Positions 1 to 8,934 of a stretch of DNA of 22,567 bases are shown one piece after another. The position numbers and the translations under genes are program-made. Position 1 is the stretch's first letter; each line of letters begins with the position of its first letter. This DNA comes from Promethearchaeota archaeon. GTDB taxonomy: Archaea > Asgardarchaeota > Lokiarchaeia > Sigyniarchaeales > SOKP01. The notes under the pieces are model-generated. The model saw nothing but the letters and a program-made list of their open reading frames with translations. It did not search any database and was not told the DNA's origin. Location of the stretch: assembly GCA_016926735.1 (NCBI GenBank), contig JAFGOA010000143.1, positions 1-22,567 on the forward strand. Direction: 5' to 3'.

Positions 1-169
1 AAGATTGAAATTAAGATGTGACCTTCTGACATTAAAGACATAGCAAAATGTTGGTAGCATAGAAAATAGCTTCAAAAAGAAGATTGATATCTACAGAGGT
101 ATTCTTCTGAAGCATTTGATTATTTTTTAGTAGTAATATAGAAAATAGCTTTAACAAGAAGATTTTAAT
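1..169 (+). CRISPR. Trailer end of a CRISPR array: partial repeat 1-11, spacer 12-53, repeat 54-90, spacer 91-132, degenerate repeat 133-169; probably continues left of the window
   Basis: Repeat GTAGCATAGAAAATAGCTTCAAAAAGAAGATTGATAT (54-90) recurs as GTAATATAGAAAATAGCTTTAACAAGAAGATTTTAAT (133-169, 30/37 identical) and as the 3' part AAGATTGAAAT (1-11). Period is exactly 79 bp, with two unrelated 42-bp spacers. A CTTC-AAAAA-GAAG hairpin followed by an 8-nt ATTGAAAT tail is typical of Cas6-processed repeats. No cas genes in the window. Confidence 0.82.
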
Positions 170-258
170 TTTATTTGGATATATCTTTGATTTTTCTTTA
201 AATATAAGGAATGAAATAAAATATGTATAGTTTTTATAACTATACATAAAAAGATAGC

Positions 259-426
259 ATGATAAAAACAGAAAAAATGACAATCGAAGGTCAAAAATTT
301 GATAAAAAAGCCTTAAAGCAATTATTAAAAATAAGAGAATCTTGGGAAAGTTTTTCAAAAGAGAGAGAAATTATTCCAAAACCAGAAAAAACAATGATAT
401 GTAAAAGATGTAAACAACCAAGATAA
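259..426 (+). CDS. 55-aa small ORF, putative RiPP precursor peptide with C-terminal CxxC (MIKTEKMTIEGQKFDKKALKQLLKIRESWESFSKEREIIPKPEKTMICKRCKQPR)
   Basis: Translated by hand (absent from the ORF track): ATG 259 to TAA 424-426. It ends 18 bp before the radical SAM start on the same strand. Helical-looking N-terminal part plus a CKRC tail. Confidence 0.65.
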   Translation: MIKTEKMTIEGQKFDKKALKQLLKIRESWESFSKEREIIPKPEKTMICKRCKQPR

Positions 427-430
427 TTAC

Positions 431-436
431 AAGGAG
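431..436 (+). promoter_or_regulatory. Shine-Dalgarno-like site for the radical SAM gene
   Basis: AAGGAG lies 8 nt before ATG 445, in the short gap after the 55-aa ORF. Confidence 0.55.
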
Positions 437-444
437 TAGAATAA

Positions 445-1773
445 ATGTTAGATATGATCTTTTATGATTTTAAGAGTCATAATTTTCAAAAACTACCTAA
501 AATTACTTTTAATACAGATAATAATCAGTTAAATCCTTATGTTTATTTTTTTTCGTATAATAATCCTCAAAATATAAGAGAAAAATATTATATTGCCTTT
601 TTTCCATATGAAGGATATGCTTGTTTATTTAATCAAGATCAGAAAAACAAGTTAAGTAGATTAGAATATAATTATAAAGATTTTTGCTACCCCTTTATTG
701 TAGATCAATCGAATTATATAAAAAAAAATGAAAAATCTCTAAAAGAAATAAATAGTTTAACTCTAATTATAGGAGATAATTGTAATTCAAATTGTATTTA
801 CTGCTATAATAAAAATCAAGAAACCAGATATAATAAATATAATTTTAAGAATTTCTTGAAAATAATTAAGAAAATATGTAAAAGATATAATATAAAAAAT
901 ATTTTTTTTTTTTCTAATGGTGAGCCCACATTATATTGGGAAAAATTCAGACAAATACTTGATGCTACAAGAAATTTTGATATAAATTATCAATTAACTA
1001 CCAATGGAGTTATTTCAAATCAAGAAGTATTGAATGAAATTTTAATATATAATTTTTCTATTTTAATAAGCATTGACGGAATGGAAAGAATTCATAATTT
1101 CCATAGGCCATTAAAAAAAAATGAAAATAGCTATAATCAAGTGAAGAAATTTATAGAATGGTGTGTAGATAATCTTGATAGGAACAATAAAATATTCTCT
1201 AGAACTACCATAACAAAATATAATGTAGATGATTTAATCCCTATAGCACATTATTTAAGCAACTTAGGTATAAAAAACCAGAGATTTGAAAAAGTCTGGA
1301 ATGTTCCTGAATTAGAACCCAATATTAAGAAATTTATGCATAATATAGTTAAGTTACAGATTTATACTGATTATAATAATATTAATCTAAGTGGATCCTA
1401 TTTTCCTTCTTCCAGTTCACAACATTATACAATTGGATGCAATTCCTTTTCAGGTGAAAATTTAGTTATTTCAGAGAGTGGAGATGTAAGTTTTTGTTTA
1501 TCTCCAAATAAATATACAATCTGGGGTGAAGTTAAAAATCAAAGGGGTCATATAAAATTACAATATTATTCAAAAAAAAAAGATATTGAATCTCAAAGAG
1601 AAATATTAACAAAAAAATGTTATTCATGTCCAATTCAATGTATTGGTCCTTGTATGAATCCTGAGGTAGAATCTAAAAAAGAAAATATGATTTGGTGCAA
1701 TGTAAAATTATGGATTTTAACACAATATTTAAAAAGAAAGTTTGATAAAAGACTAAGTGAATTAAAGAAATGA
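445..1773 (+). CDS. Radical SAM enzyme with SPASM domain (putative peptide maturase)
   Basis: CNSNCIYC (CxxxCxxC), NGEPTL, LTTNG and ISIDG motifs. C-terminal GC...GDVSFC plus CYSCPIQCIGPC...WC auxiliary-cluster cysteines. Confidence 0.93.
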   Translation: MLDMIFYDFKSHNFQKLPKITFNTDNNQLNPYVYFFSYNNPQNIREKYYIAFFPYEGYACLFNQDQKNKLSRLEYNYKDFCYPFIVDQSNYIKKNEKSLKEINSLTLIIGDNCNSNCIYCYNKNQETRYNKYNFKNFLKIIKKICKRYNIKNIFFFSNGEPTLYWEKFRQILDATRNFDINYQLTTNGVISNQEVLNEILIYNFSILISIDGMERIHNFHRPLKKNENSYNQVKKFIEWCVDNLDRNNKIFSRTTITKYNVDDLIPIAHYLSNLGIKNQRFEKVWNVPELEPNIKKFMHNIVKLQIYTDYNNINLSGSYFPSSSSQHYTIGCNSFSGENLVISESGDVSFCLSPNKYTIWGEVKNQRGHIKLQYYSKKKDIESQREILTKKCYSCPIQCIGPCMNPEVESKKENMIWCNVKLWILTQYLKRKFDKRLSELKK

Positions 1774-3827
1774 AATATAATTCGAAGATTGGATTAAAAG
1801 CCAGAAATTTAATAAAATTAAAATCAATTATTCCTATTCCAAATTTTATTACAATTGATCCAGAGTTATTTCTTCAAATTTATAATAATTTTGAGATTTC
1901 AAATGAATTAAGTCCTGATAGACCTGATGAAATTAAAATAGTTTCAGAAGAAGCTATAAAGAAAGTACATAACATCCCTTCTGATATATTAAACATAGTT
2001 ATAAAAGAAATTATCGACGCTCAACTTCAAGAACCGCTTATAATACGGTCATGTGCTTCAATAGAAGATCAAGATATTAAATATAATATTTTAGCAGGAA
2101 TTTTTGAGTCAATAGGTCCGATTAATGGGAGAAAGGAAATAGAACAGGGAATTTTAACTGTAATAAAATCTCTCTATTCTCCAAAAGCTATATTTCAAAT
2201 GTTAATAATGGGTATTTCGATTAAATCTGTATTAATGGGTATTATTATCCAAGAATATATTATAGGGGAATATTATGGTGTAGTATTTTCACATAATCCT
2301 CTAACTGGAGAAAAACAATTAATAATTGAATATTCTGAAAAACCTGAAGGAGTCACTTTAGGAAGTGGGGAATCAAAGATAATATATGGATCTGATGATT
2401 TTGATACCAATAATTATAATTTAAACATACAGATTATTTCACAAATTAAAAAATATATTAATATTTGTTTGAATTTACTGAATCATCCAATAGATATGGA
2501 GTTTGTTATTAAAAATAACGAATTATATATATTACAAGTAAGAGAATTGATATTACATAGTCAAAATAAAAAAGATGAAAAGATTGATAAGAGTTTTTTA
2601 AATATTGCTGAAGGAATTGTATCTTCTCCAGGATTTTGCATAGGTATTGGTAAGTATATAGATTCTTATTCCGAAGAAATTATTGAAAGAGCGAAAGATA
2701 ATGAAATTATACTCTCTGAAGTACTGGATTTGGGGATCCTCCCATGGATTGCAAATGCTAAAGGTTTTTGTACAATAGCTTCAGGATTTGCATCACATGC
2801 TTCTATTATTGCTCGTCAAATGAGAAAACCCATGTTAACAGCTTTAAATATATCCAGAGATCAATTAAGATTATTAGATGAGAAGAAATTTATTTTAAAT
2901 GCTACAGCATCTAAAGGATACATATTATCCACTAATGAAATTAAAGATTTAATTAATAAAGAGAGGGAATTAGATTTTTATTTTCTAAATTGGACATTAT
3001 CAGATCTATTTTCATATAGATTAGATAATATCAAATCGATTATTTTTAAAAAAAACCATTTGCTATTATTTGAAAAACCGGAAGAAGTGATAATTTTTTG
3101 TGATCTTGAAGAAAGTACTCATTTAATAGATCCTATTAAAATCTATTTCAAATCTCTTTATTCCAATAAAATAATTAAATTTGGATATATTGATGAGTAT
3201 TATGAAATATGGCCTGTAATAGTGATATATCGTTCAAATAAAGAAGATTTTAAATTGCTTGGAATTATTAAGGAACTTTTTGAAGAATTAAAATTTGATG
3301 AGATAAAAAGTAAAATTCAAAAATTAAAGAATGAGATTAATAAATTACATATAAATTTACAAAATAAAATTACATTGAGTTCATTTGACCAAATGAATAA
3401 TCTACAATTCTTATATGATATAATCCAACAAATTAGACTTAAATCTACAACGCTTACCGCAATAAATCGAATATTATTTGACTTTGGAGATCGTTCACTT
3501 AGTGAAATATTAAAACATAAATTTGAAGATCCTGCAATTATTTTATCTCAATTAGAACAAGGAATACCACTTAAAAGTATGGGAATTCAAGAACCAAGTT
3601 CTTTTTTAGTCTTAGAATTCTATTTAAAACTTACAAAATTAAAAAATAGCATGGAAATACGATTTGATGAAGATAAATTAAATCAGTATAATATTATATA
3701 TGATAAAATACAAAAACTCTCAAAATTATATAGAAAGGATTTTGGTGCATGGGATATTATTCTCTTTAAAATATCGAAAAGTCTTAATATCAAAAATTAC
3801 ATATTTGACTTCGAATACAATGAATGA
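1770..3827 (+). CDS. PEP-utilising/dikinase-like enzyme: PPDK N-terminal ATP-grasp domain, phospho-His swivel domain, unknown C-terminal domain
   Basis: IGLKARNL, IIRSCASIED, AGIFES, QEYI..GVVFS, PIDMEF and LYILQVR (PPDK_N). GFASHASIIARQMRKP is the His-phosphocarrier motif. ATGA overlap with the radical SAM stop codon. Confidence 0.88.
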   Translation: MKYNSKIGLKARNLIKLKSIIPIPNFITIDPELFLQIYNNFEISNELSPDRPDEIKIVSEEAIKKVHNIPSDILNIVIKEIIDAQLQEPLIIRSCASIEDQDIKYNILAGIFESIGPINGRKEIEQGILTVIKSLYSPKAIFQMLIMGISIKSVLMGIIIQEYIIGEYYGVVFSHNPLTGEKQLIIEYSEKPEGVTLGSGESKIIYGSDDFDTNNYNLNIQIISQIKKYINICLNLLNHPIDMEFVIKNNELYILQVRELILHSQNKKDEKIDKSFLNIAEGIVSSPGFCIGIGKYIDSYSEEIIERAKDNEIILSEVLDLGILPWIANAKGFCTIASGFASHASIIARQMRKPMLTALNISRDQLRLLDEKKFILNATASKGYILSTNEIKDLINKERELDFYFLNWTLSDLFSYRLDNIKSIIFKKNHLLLFEKPEEVIIFCDLEESTHLIDPIKIYFKSLYSNKIIKFGYIDEYYEIWPVIVIYRSNKEDFKLLGIIKELFEELKFDEIKSKIQKLKNEINKLHINLQNKITLSSFDQMNNLQFLYDIIQQIRLKSTTLTAINRILFDFGDRSLSEILKHKFEDPAIILSQLEQGIPLKSMGIQEPSSFLVLEFYLKLTKLKNSMEIRFDEDKLNQYNIIYDKIQKLSKLYRKDFGAWDIILFKISKSLNIKNYIFDFEYNE

Positions 3828-3863
3828 TTGTTGAAATAAGTATATTTATATTTACTTTATATA

Positions 3864-3900
3864 TTATTATAGAAAATAGCTTCAAAAAGAAGATTGAGGT
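3864..3900 (+). repeat. Solitary CRISPR repeat copy downstream of the rSAM/PEP-enzyme operon
   Basis: 3869-3897 ATAGAAAATAGCTTCAAAAAGAAGATTGA is a 29-bp exact match to 59-87 in the same orientation. No neighbouring repeat at +/-79 bp. Confidence 0.9.
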
Positions 3901-4052
3901 TGTTTTTTACAGGAGATAGGAAATATACCAAATGAGGATATTTTAAAAATTCATAAATAGTCTTTACTATCCATTTAAAATACTTATATATAAACGATTA
4001 TTAGGATAAATACATATGATAAATATAAGTAATATAGTTGATTGTGAAGATT

Positions 4053-4166
4053 ATGAAAGTCTTGAATAAAGATGATATTTTCAAACTTTTCAACCAACAT
4101 AGAAATCAATTGAAGAATAAGGGAACATATTTTTATTATTTTGGTAATAAAATTGAGACATTATAA
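4053..4166 (+). pseudogene. Possible truncated N-terminus of an MNT-type nucleotidyltransferase (MKVLNKDDIFKLFNQHRNQLKNKG...)
   Basis: 37-aa ORF whose first ~24 residues resemble the amphipathic N-terminal helix of minimal nucleotidyltransferases. It has no GS..DxD motif and runs into the 3' end of the opposite-strand gene. Confidence 0.35.
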
Positions 4167-4726
4167 GTACCAAGATTTTGTCCTACTATTGTCTTTATCC
4201 AATTATTATTATTAATTATTTTATTAAAATAATTATAATCTGATGGTGATAATGATTTTTTGAGCAAATCTAAGTCTTCTATGATTGGAAATTCGGGGAA
4301 ATCTGTTAATTTTGCATTAGGTGATATTCCTTTAAAATTTAATACCAATTCCAGTACTTTAAGATAATCATTATTATATTTTTTTAAAGACTTAAAATAA
4401 CCTTGAACTGTAGATGGCTTAACATTAAATCTTTTAGCTATATCAGAAATATTAACTCTAAGTGCTTTTAATTGAAGTGAAATTTCAATCTTTCGTGCCC
4501 TTGAATTAATATTACTTTTGTTTTTAATTTTATTTTCTATCGGAATTAATTCAATCAATTTATGATTATATAACCAATTTAATAATTTAGCATTATTACT
4601 TTTTTGTTTGATTAAAGTATTGGATATTTTAATTGGAATATTATCTTTGATTGCTTTATCAATTATTTTTAAAAAGTCTATAAATGGTTTTTTAAGTGAT
4701 TTTATTTCAATGAAATTTGAATTCAT
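4136..4726 (-). CDS. Hypothetical protein with helix-turn-helix motif
   Basis: 196-aa ORF starting 3 bp after the ATPase stop. NISDIAKRFNVKPSTVQGYFKSL is HTH-like. Confidence 0.65.
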   Translation of the reverse strand: MNSNFIEIKSLKKPFIDFLKIIDKAIKDNIPIKISNTLIKQKSNNAKLLNWLYNHKLIELIPIENKIKNKSNINSRARKIEISLQLKALRVNISDIAKRFNVKPSTVQGYFKSLKKYNNDYLKVLELVLNFKGISPNAKLTDFPEFPIIEDLDLLKKSLSPSDYNYFNKIINNNNWIKTIVGQNLGTYNVSILLPK

Positions 4727-4729
4727 TTT

Positions 4730-6760
4730 TTATTCCGGTTCCTCTTTTATTATATTTATAAGTTCCTTAAAAACTTGGATCATTAAACTCTCTGGATTAT
4801 TTTTTATATCTGATTTATCAAAATAATCCCAATTAAATTCTACTCGCTCATTTTTTTCTTTAATTATATTATGTTGTTTAAGATATTCAAGTGCCTCATC
4901 AAAAGAATTTTTTAGTAAGGGTTGTTTTATTAGATTTTTAATTGCATTGATTGTTCGGTATGAATAAACTTTATTTTTATTTCCCAAACAAATTATTATT
5001 TCTATAGCTGTTCTTTTCGAAGTTTCATTAATACTTTTTAATTCTGTTAATAAATTGAGATATGATTCATTAGGAAAAGAGATAGTTGGTTTAATTGGTT
5101 CTTCAGAAGATTTTATTATAGTTTGAGTTTCTTCTTCAGTTGGAATTTCTTCTTCAGTAGGAAATAAATTAGTTAGTTTTCCATGAAAATCTTTATTCAT
5201 TAATCTCAACAATTTATCAAAATCTTCAAATTTTTCATTAAGTTGAGAATAATTAATCTTTCCAAGGCCAACAAGACAGTTTAATAGCGTTTGATCGTTG
5301 ATAATTATTGGAATAATTAATTGTATATCTATGTCAGGATCGATATATCCAAAATTTTTCCATTTATGAATACATTCACTAACATATTCCTCAGTTAAAT
5401 CTTTACAAAAGAGGAAAAAAATCACTTTTGAATTTTTATTTTTTACACAATTAATTACTTGTTTTGATTTACCCAAATCAAATGATTCTGGATTGCTAAA
5501 TGACTTAATTTCAGCATATAACTCTATTTTACCTCCTTTAACGGCCATAAATTTACCATCTATTAACTTACCTTCTCCAACATCAACATGTTTTTTAATA
5601 AAATGAAAGTTCAGAAAATTTAAGTAACTAGCAAAAATCGGTTCAATTATCTTTCCAATAGTTAAATAATGAGATCTATGCTTTTCTGCTGTATTATATT
5701 CATTTTGACCATGTTTTATTTCATCTGTGAGATTAATAAATGATCTTATAGAGGATATTATTGCTTGATTTGCTTTTCTCCTTGATAATTTTTTATCTAT
5801 TTTATTTTTCAAGGTTAGTAAAAATGTATTGAAAATTTCATCATCAGCTTTTTTATAGGCTTTTTCCAATATAATAAGCCATTTTAGCATAGCTTCTTCC
5901 GCTTCATCATCTTGATATACTCCTTGTTCTCGTATATGTACATAAGGTCCTGAAGAAGAAACTTTCATCATTTCTGAGGATATTCTCTGTATTCCTGGAG
6001 CTCTATCACTCTGATCGCTCCTAATCGAATTATAGACTCTTGGAGTTAGACAAAATATTTGGTATAATCGAAAATTTGAAAGTCTATCTAATAACTTTCG
6101 AAAAAAATACTGTCGTTTTAAAAAATTTTTACTCCATATGGATTCGTCCTCTAATTTTGATAACCAATCATCGCATTCATCATACATAAATAAAAAAGCG
6201 ATTTTATATTTTGAAACAAATTCTATTATATCAAATACTATTTTTAATAATCTTTCTTCATCAATTAAAGGTAAATGAGAAATCTCAGTTCGAATATTTG
6301 AAATTTTCATATCTATTCCAGGAGAACTTTCAATAATTCTCTCAAGTTCATTTAGATATTTATGAATTTTATCTAAATGTTCGGGAGCATTTTTATTTTT
6401 TCTAAATTCTACAAGTAAATTTAAAAAATTCTCAAATGCATTTTGGTCATCTTTAAAATCCTTAGTTCCTTTACATAATTCTAGCTGTTTTGTTAATATT
6501 TGTGCCGCTTCTTTCTCAATTTGTTCACCTAAAAAAGTTGCGGTTAGATCTGTGGAACCATTAAAAACTACCGGGATAATTACAGAATAAGGGGGAATAC
6601 TACGATTTCTATTATTATTTATGATACTCTTTATTAATTCTATATATTGAGTCTTTGAACCTCCGTAATCTGATTCATAATATTGGGCGCCAGTTTCATT
6701 TTTATCATTAATTGCGATTCTATTAATATTACTTTCAAATTCTCTAACACCTTTTTTCAT
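4730..6760 (-). CDS. P-loop ATPase-like protein fused to a PD-(D/E)xK nuclease-like domain and probable C-terminal winged helix; frame is open upstream to 6940
   Basis: Divergent Walker A SDYGGSKT and Walker B FLFMYDE. GKIIEP...LIDG...YAEIKSF fits the E...D...ExK restriction-endonuclease pattern. The C-terminal FDEALEYLKQHNIIKE is wHTH-like. Confidence 0.7.
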   Translation of the reverse strand: MKKGVREFESNINRIAINDKNETGAQYYESDYGGSKTQYIELIKSIINNNRNRSIPPYSVIIPVVFNGSTDLTATFLGEQIEKEAAQILTKQLELCKGTKDFKDDQNAFENFLNLLVEFRKNKNAPEHLDKIHKYLNELERIIESSPGIDMKISNIRTEISHLPLIDEERLLKIVFDIIEFVSKYKIAFLFMYDECDDWLSKLEDESIWSKNFLKRQYFFRKLLDRLSNFRLYQIFCLTPRVYNSIRSDQSDRAPGIQRISSEMMKVSSSGPYVHIREQGVYQDDEAEEAMLKWLIILEKAYKKADDEIFNTFLLTLKNKIDKKLSRRKANQAIISSIRSFINLTDEIKHGQNEYNTAEKHRSHYLTIGKIIEPIFASYLNFLNFHFIKKHVDVGEGKLIDGKFMAVKGGKIELYAEIKSFSNPESFDLGKSKQVINCVKNKNSKVIFFLFCKDLTEEYVSECIHKWKNFGYIDPDIDIQLIIPIIINDQTLLNCLVGLGKINYSQLNEKFEDFDKLLRLMNKDFHGKLTNLFPTEEEIPTEEETQTIIKSSEEPIKPTISFPNESYLNLLTELKSINETSKRTAIEIIICLGNKNKVYSYRTINAIKNLIKQPLLKNSFDEALEYLKQHNIIKEKNERVEFNWDYFDKSDIKNNPESLMIQVFKELINIIKEEPE

Positions 6761-7218
6761 ATTTTCTGAGAGTATTAAAACCGTTTCTAAATCTTCTTTA
6801 TATCCCCCACTTTGTAAGTGTTCTGGTTTTAAAATAGACGTTCCCTCATATTCTAATACATCTAGGATTCTTTTTGCTATATCTCGATTTATATTTCCTA
6901 AATTAATTTCAAGTTGTCTATATTTTTTTTTTAATAACGTCTATAATCCCTTTTTATTATTTTAATGGGTATATGATTATAAATTGTCCTTTTATTAATA
7001 TATTAAATAGGACCTTAATAAAGCTTTTTTAATAATTTAATTTTTTTAACCTAATTTGGAATAATCATTTCTTTTTTCTCTTTAGAATAGAAGTCAGCTT
7101 TGATATTAGTATTCAAAATAATAATCCTTATAAATCAAAATTTTTAACAATTATATATCTAAAAAAAGACTCCAGAGGAAATATAATTTATCATTAAATG
7201 ATATTTAAGTGATTTTAG

Positions 7219-8727
7219 ATGAATGATAGAATCAATATTACGTTATTGGGTGGTGTAAATGAGGTTGGAGGGAATACTTTTTTATTAGAAGATTTTGGTT
7301 ATGATATAAAAATTTTAATTGATTTTGGCGTTAAAATTGATAGATACTTTAGATATTATCCAAGAAAAAAAGCACCATCTACAATTAATGAATTAATAAT
7401 GAATAATCTAATTCCAAATGATGATTTACTTCCAATTGATGATCTCTATACTCATTCTTGGTCGAATATAAAAATAAAAAATACTTCTATAAAAATCAAA
7501 GAACAGATTTCATTAGATCAATTATATCCTTCGAATTTAGATGGAATTCTAATATCCCATGCGCATAAAGATCATTATTTTGGAATTTCATTCATCAATC
7601 GTTCAATTCCAATCTATACGGGAAAGGTAACGAAAAAGATAATTAAAGCATTTTATAAATCGGAAATTCATAAATTAGATAATAATTTCAAGGGATTAAA
7701 ATGGAGAACGTTTAAAACTGGTGATATAATAAATATTAAAGATTTAAAAATAATACCTTTTCATGTTGATCATTCTGTTCCAGGAGCTTATGGATTTATT
7801 ATATATTCTTCTGTAGGAATTATTGTCTATACAGGTGATTTTCGTATGCATGGTCCATTATCTAATATGACAAGAGAATTTTTAGAACAGATTAAGACGA
7901 ATAATATATTCCTCCGAAGTAATACTGCTGATGATAAGCAAAAAGTTTTAATTTCTAAGGGTGTAAAGGTTTTATTATGTGAAGGAACTCGAATTCATAA
8001 GGGGATTGTTGAATCTGAAGAAAGCGTAGAAAATAATTTGGAAAAGTTGTTTCAAAATAATCCTTTTAATTTTATATTGGTAAAATACGATAGAACAGAT
8101 TGGGATCGATTCCGAACATTTTCCCAAATAGCAAAAAACCATAATTGGAAATATATTATCACTGAAAAGGATGCATATTTTTATTATTTATTAAATAAGT
8201 ACGGTTTGCAAAATACTATGAAGGATCCTAATATTATTAAAGACGATCATATTTATATTGTCATCAACGGAGATGTAAAATACATTTGGCAAGAAAAAAT
8301 CCGTCAAATTATCTATAAGAATCAAAAAGGAGCTAGATTTTTAAAATATTCGGATTTATATGATATTGATGGTAATTTCTTTTTTTATTTAACAAATATC
8401 AATAGAAAGCTTATCAAAAATCTTAATTTTAAAAAAACGGGATTGTTTATATCTTCAAGTATTGATCCGTATAGTGAAGAATTCTATGATAATACAAATA
8501 CAATTTATGCGAAACTTCAAGAATTTGGAATTCCTTGCTATCGTATTCATGCGTCTGGACATGTTCTAATTCATGATCTTATTAACTTTGTTAAATCCAT
8601 TAATCCTATGCATTTAATTCCTGTCCACACAGAATATTCTGAATTTATTAAACTTTTATTTTCAAAATATGATATTGATACAATCATTGGAGAGAAAAAT
8701 AAAATTATATCTTTTAATGCTGATTAA
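7219..8727 (+). CDS. Metallo-beta-lactamase/beta-CASP fold hydrolase, RNase J-like
   Basis: LLGGVNEVGGN, ILIDFG, SHAHKDH (HxHxDH), VDHSVPGA, YTGDFR, CEGT, HASGH and PVHTE motifs. Confidence 0.9.
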   Translation: MNDRINITLLGGVNEVGGNTFLLEDFGYDIKILIDFGVKIDRYFRYYPRKKAPSTINELIMNNLIPNDDLLPIDDLYTHSWSNIKIKNTSIKIKEQISLDQLYPSNLDGILISHAHKDHYFGISFINRSIPIYTGKVTKKIIKAFYKSEIHKLDNNFKGLKWRTFKTGDIINIKDLKIIPFHVDHSVPGAYGFIIYSSVGIIVYTGDFRMHGPLSNMTREFLEQIKTNNIFLRSNTADDKQKVLISKGVKVLLCEGTRIHKGIVESEESVENNLEKLFQNNPFNFILVKYDRTDWDRFRTFSQIAKNHNWKYIITEKDAYFYYLLNKYGLQNTMKDPNIIKDDHIYIVINGDVKYIWQEKIRQIIYKNQKGARFLKYSDLYDIDGNFFFYLTNINRKLIKNLNFKKTGLFISSSIDPYSEEFYDNTNTIYAKLQEFGIPCYRIHASGHVLIHDLINFVKSINPMHLIPVHTEYSEFIKLLFSKYDIDTIIGEKNKIISFNAD

Positions 8728-8934
8728 TTGTTTCCTTTCTCAATTATTTATTACTTATAAAAAAATGATGATAATTAATATATTAAACTTCTTTTTTCTA
8801 GTGGATTTTAAAAAATTTTTTTTTGTTCCTTTATATCTCTCTACTAGTGGTTACAATTTTAATACTTATGATATATATAATGTTTTTAATTTTTAAGCAA
8901 AAGGATTATATATTTAATATGAAAAACTAAGAGT

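Noticed and set aside
233-239. TTTATAA as a TATA box for the 55-aa ORF
   Set aside because: Spacing is roughly plausible, but such motifs are ubiquitous at this AT content.
32-358. 108-aa minus-strand ORF
   Set aside because: Antisense across the CRISPR repeats and the 55-aa ORF; F/L/I-rich shadow ORF with no motifs.
1770-3827. Calling the gene ppsA/ppdK
   Set aside because: It lacks the C-terminal pyruvate-binding barrel, and the context indicates a specialised function.
4029-4060. GTAATATAG...GAAGATTATGAAAG as another degenerate CRISPR repeat
   Set aside because: Shares only the ends with the repeat, has the wrong length and lacks the hairpin.
4608-4826. 72-aa plus-strand ORF
   Set aside because: Antisense shadow of the ATPase/HTH genes.
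4730-6760. Calling the locus BREX (brxD)
   Set aside because: Only a loose Walker A resemblance; no pglZ, pglX, brxC or helicase in the window.
8669-8896. 75-aa plus-strand ORF
   Set aside because: Out-of-frame overlap with the MBL gene end, running into poly-T intergenic DNA; no motifs.
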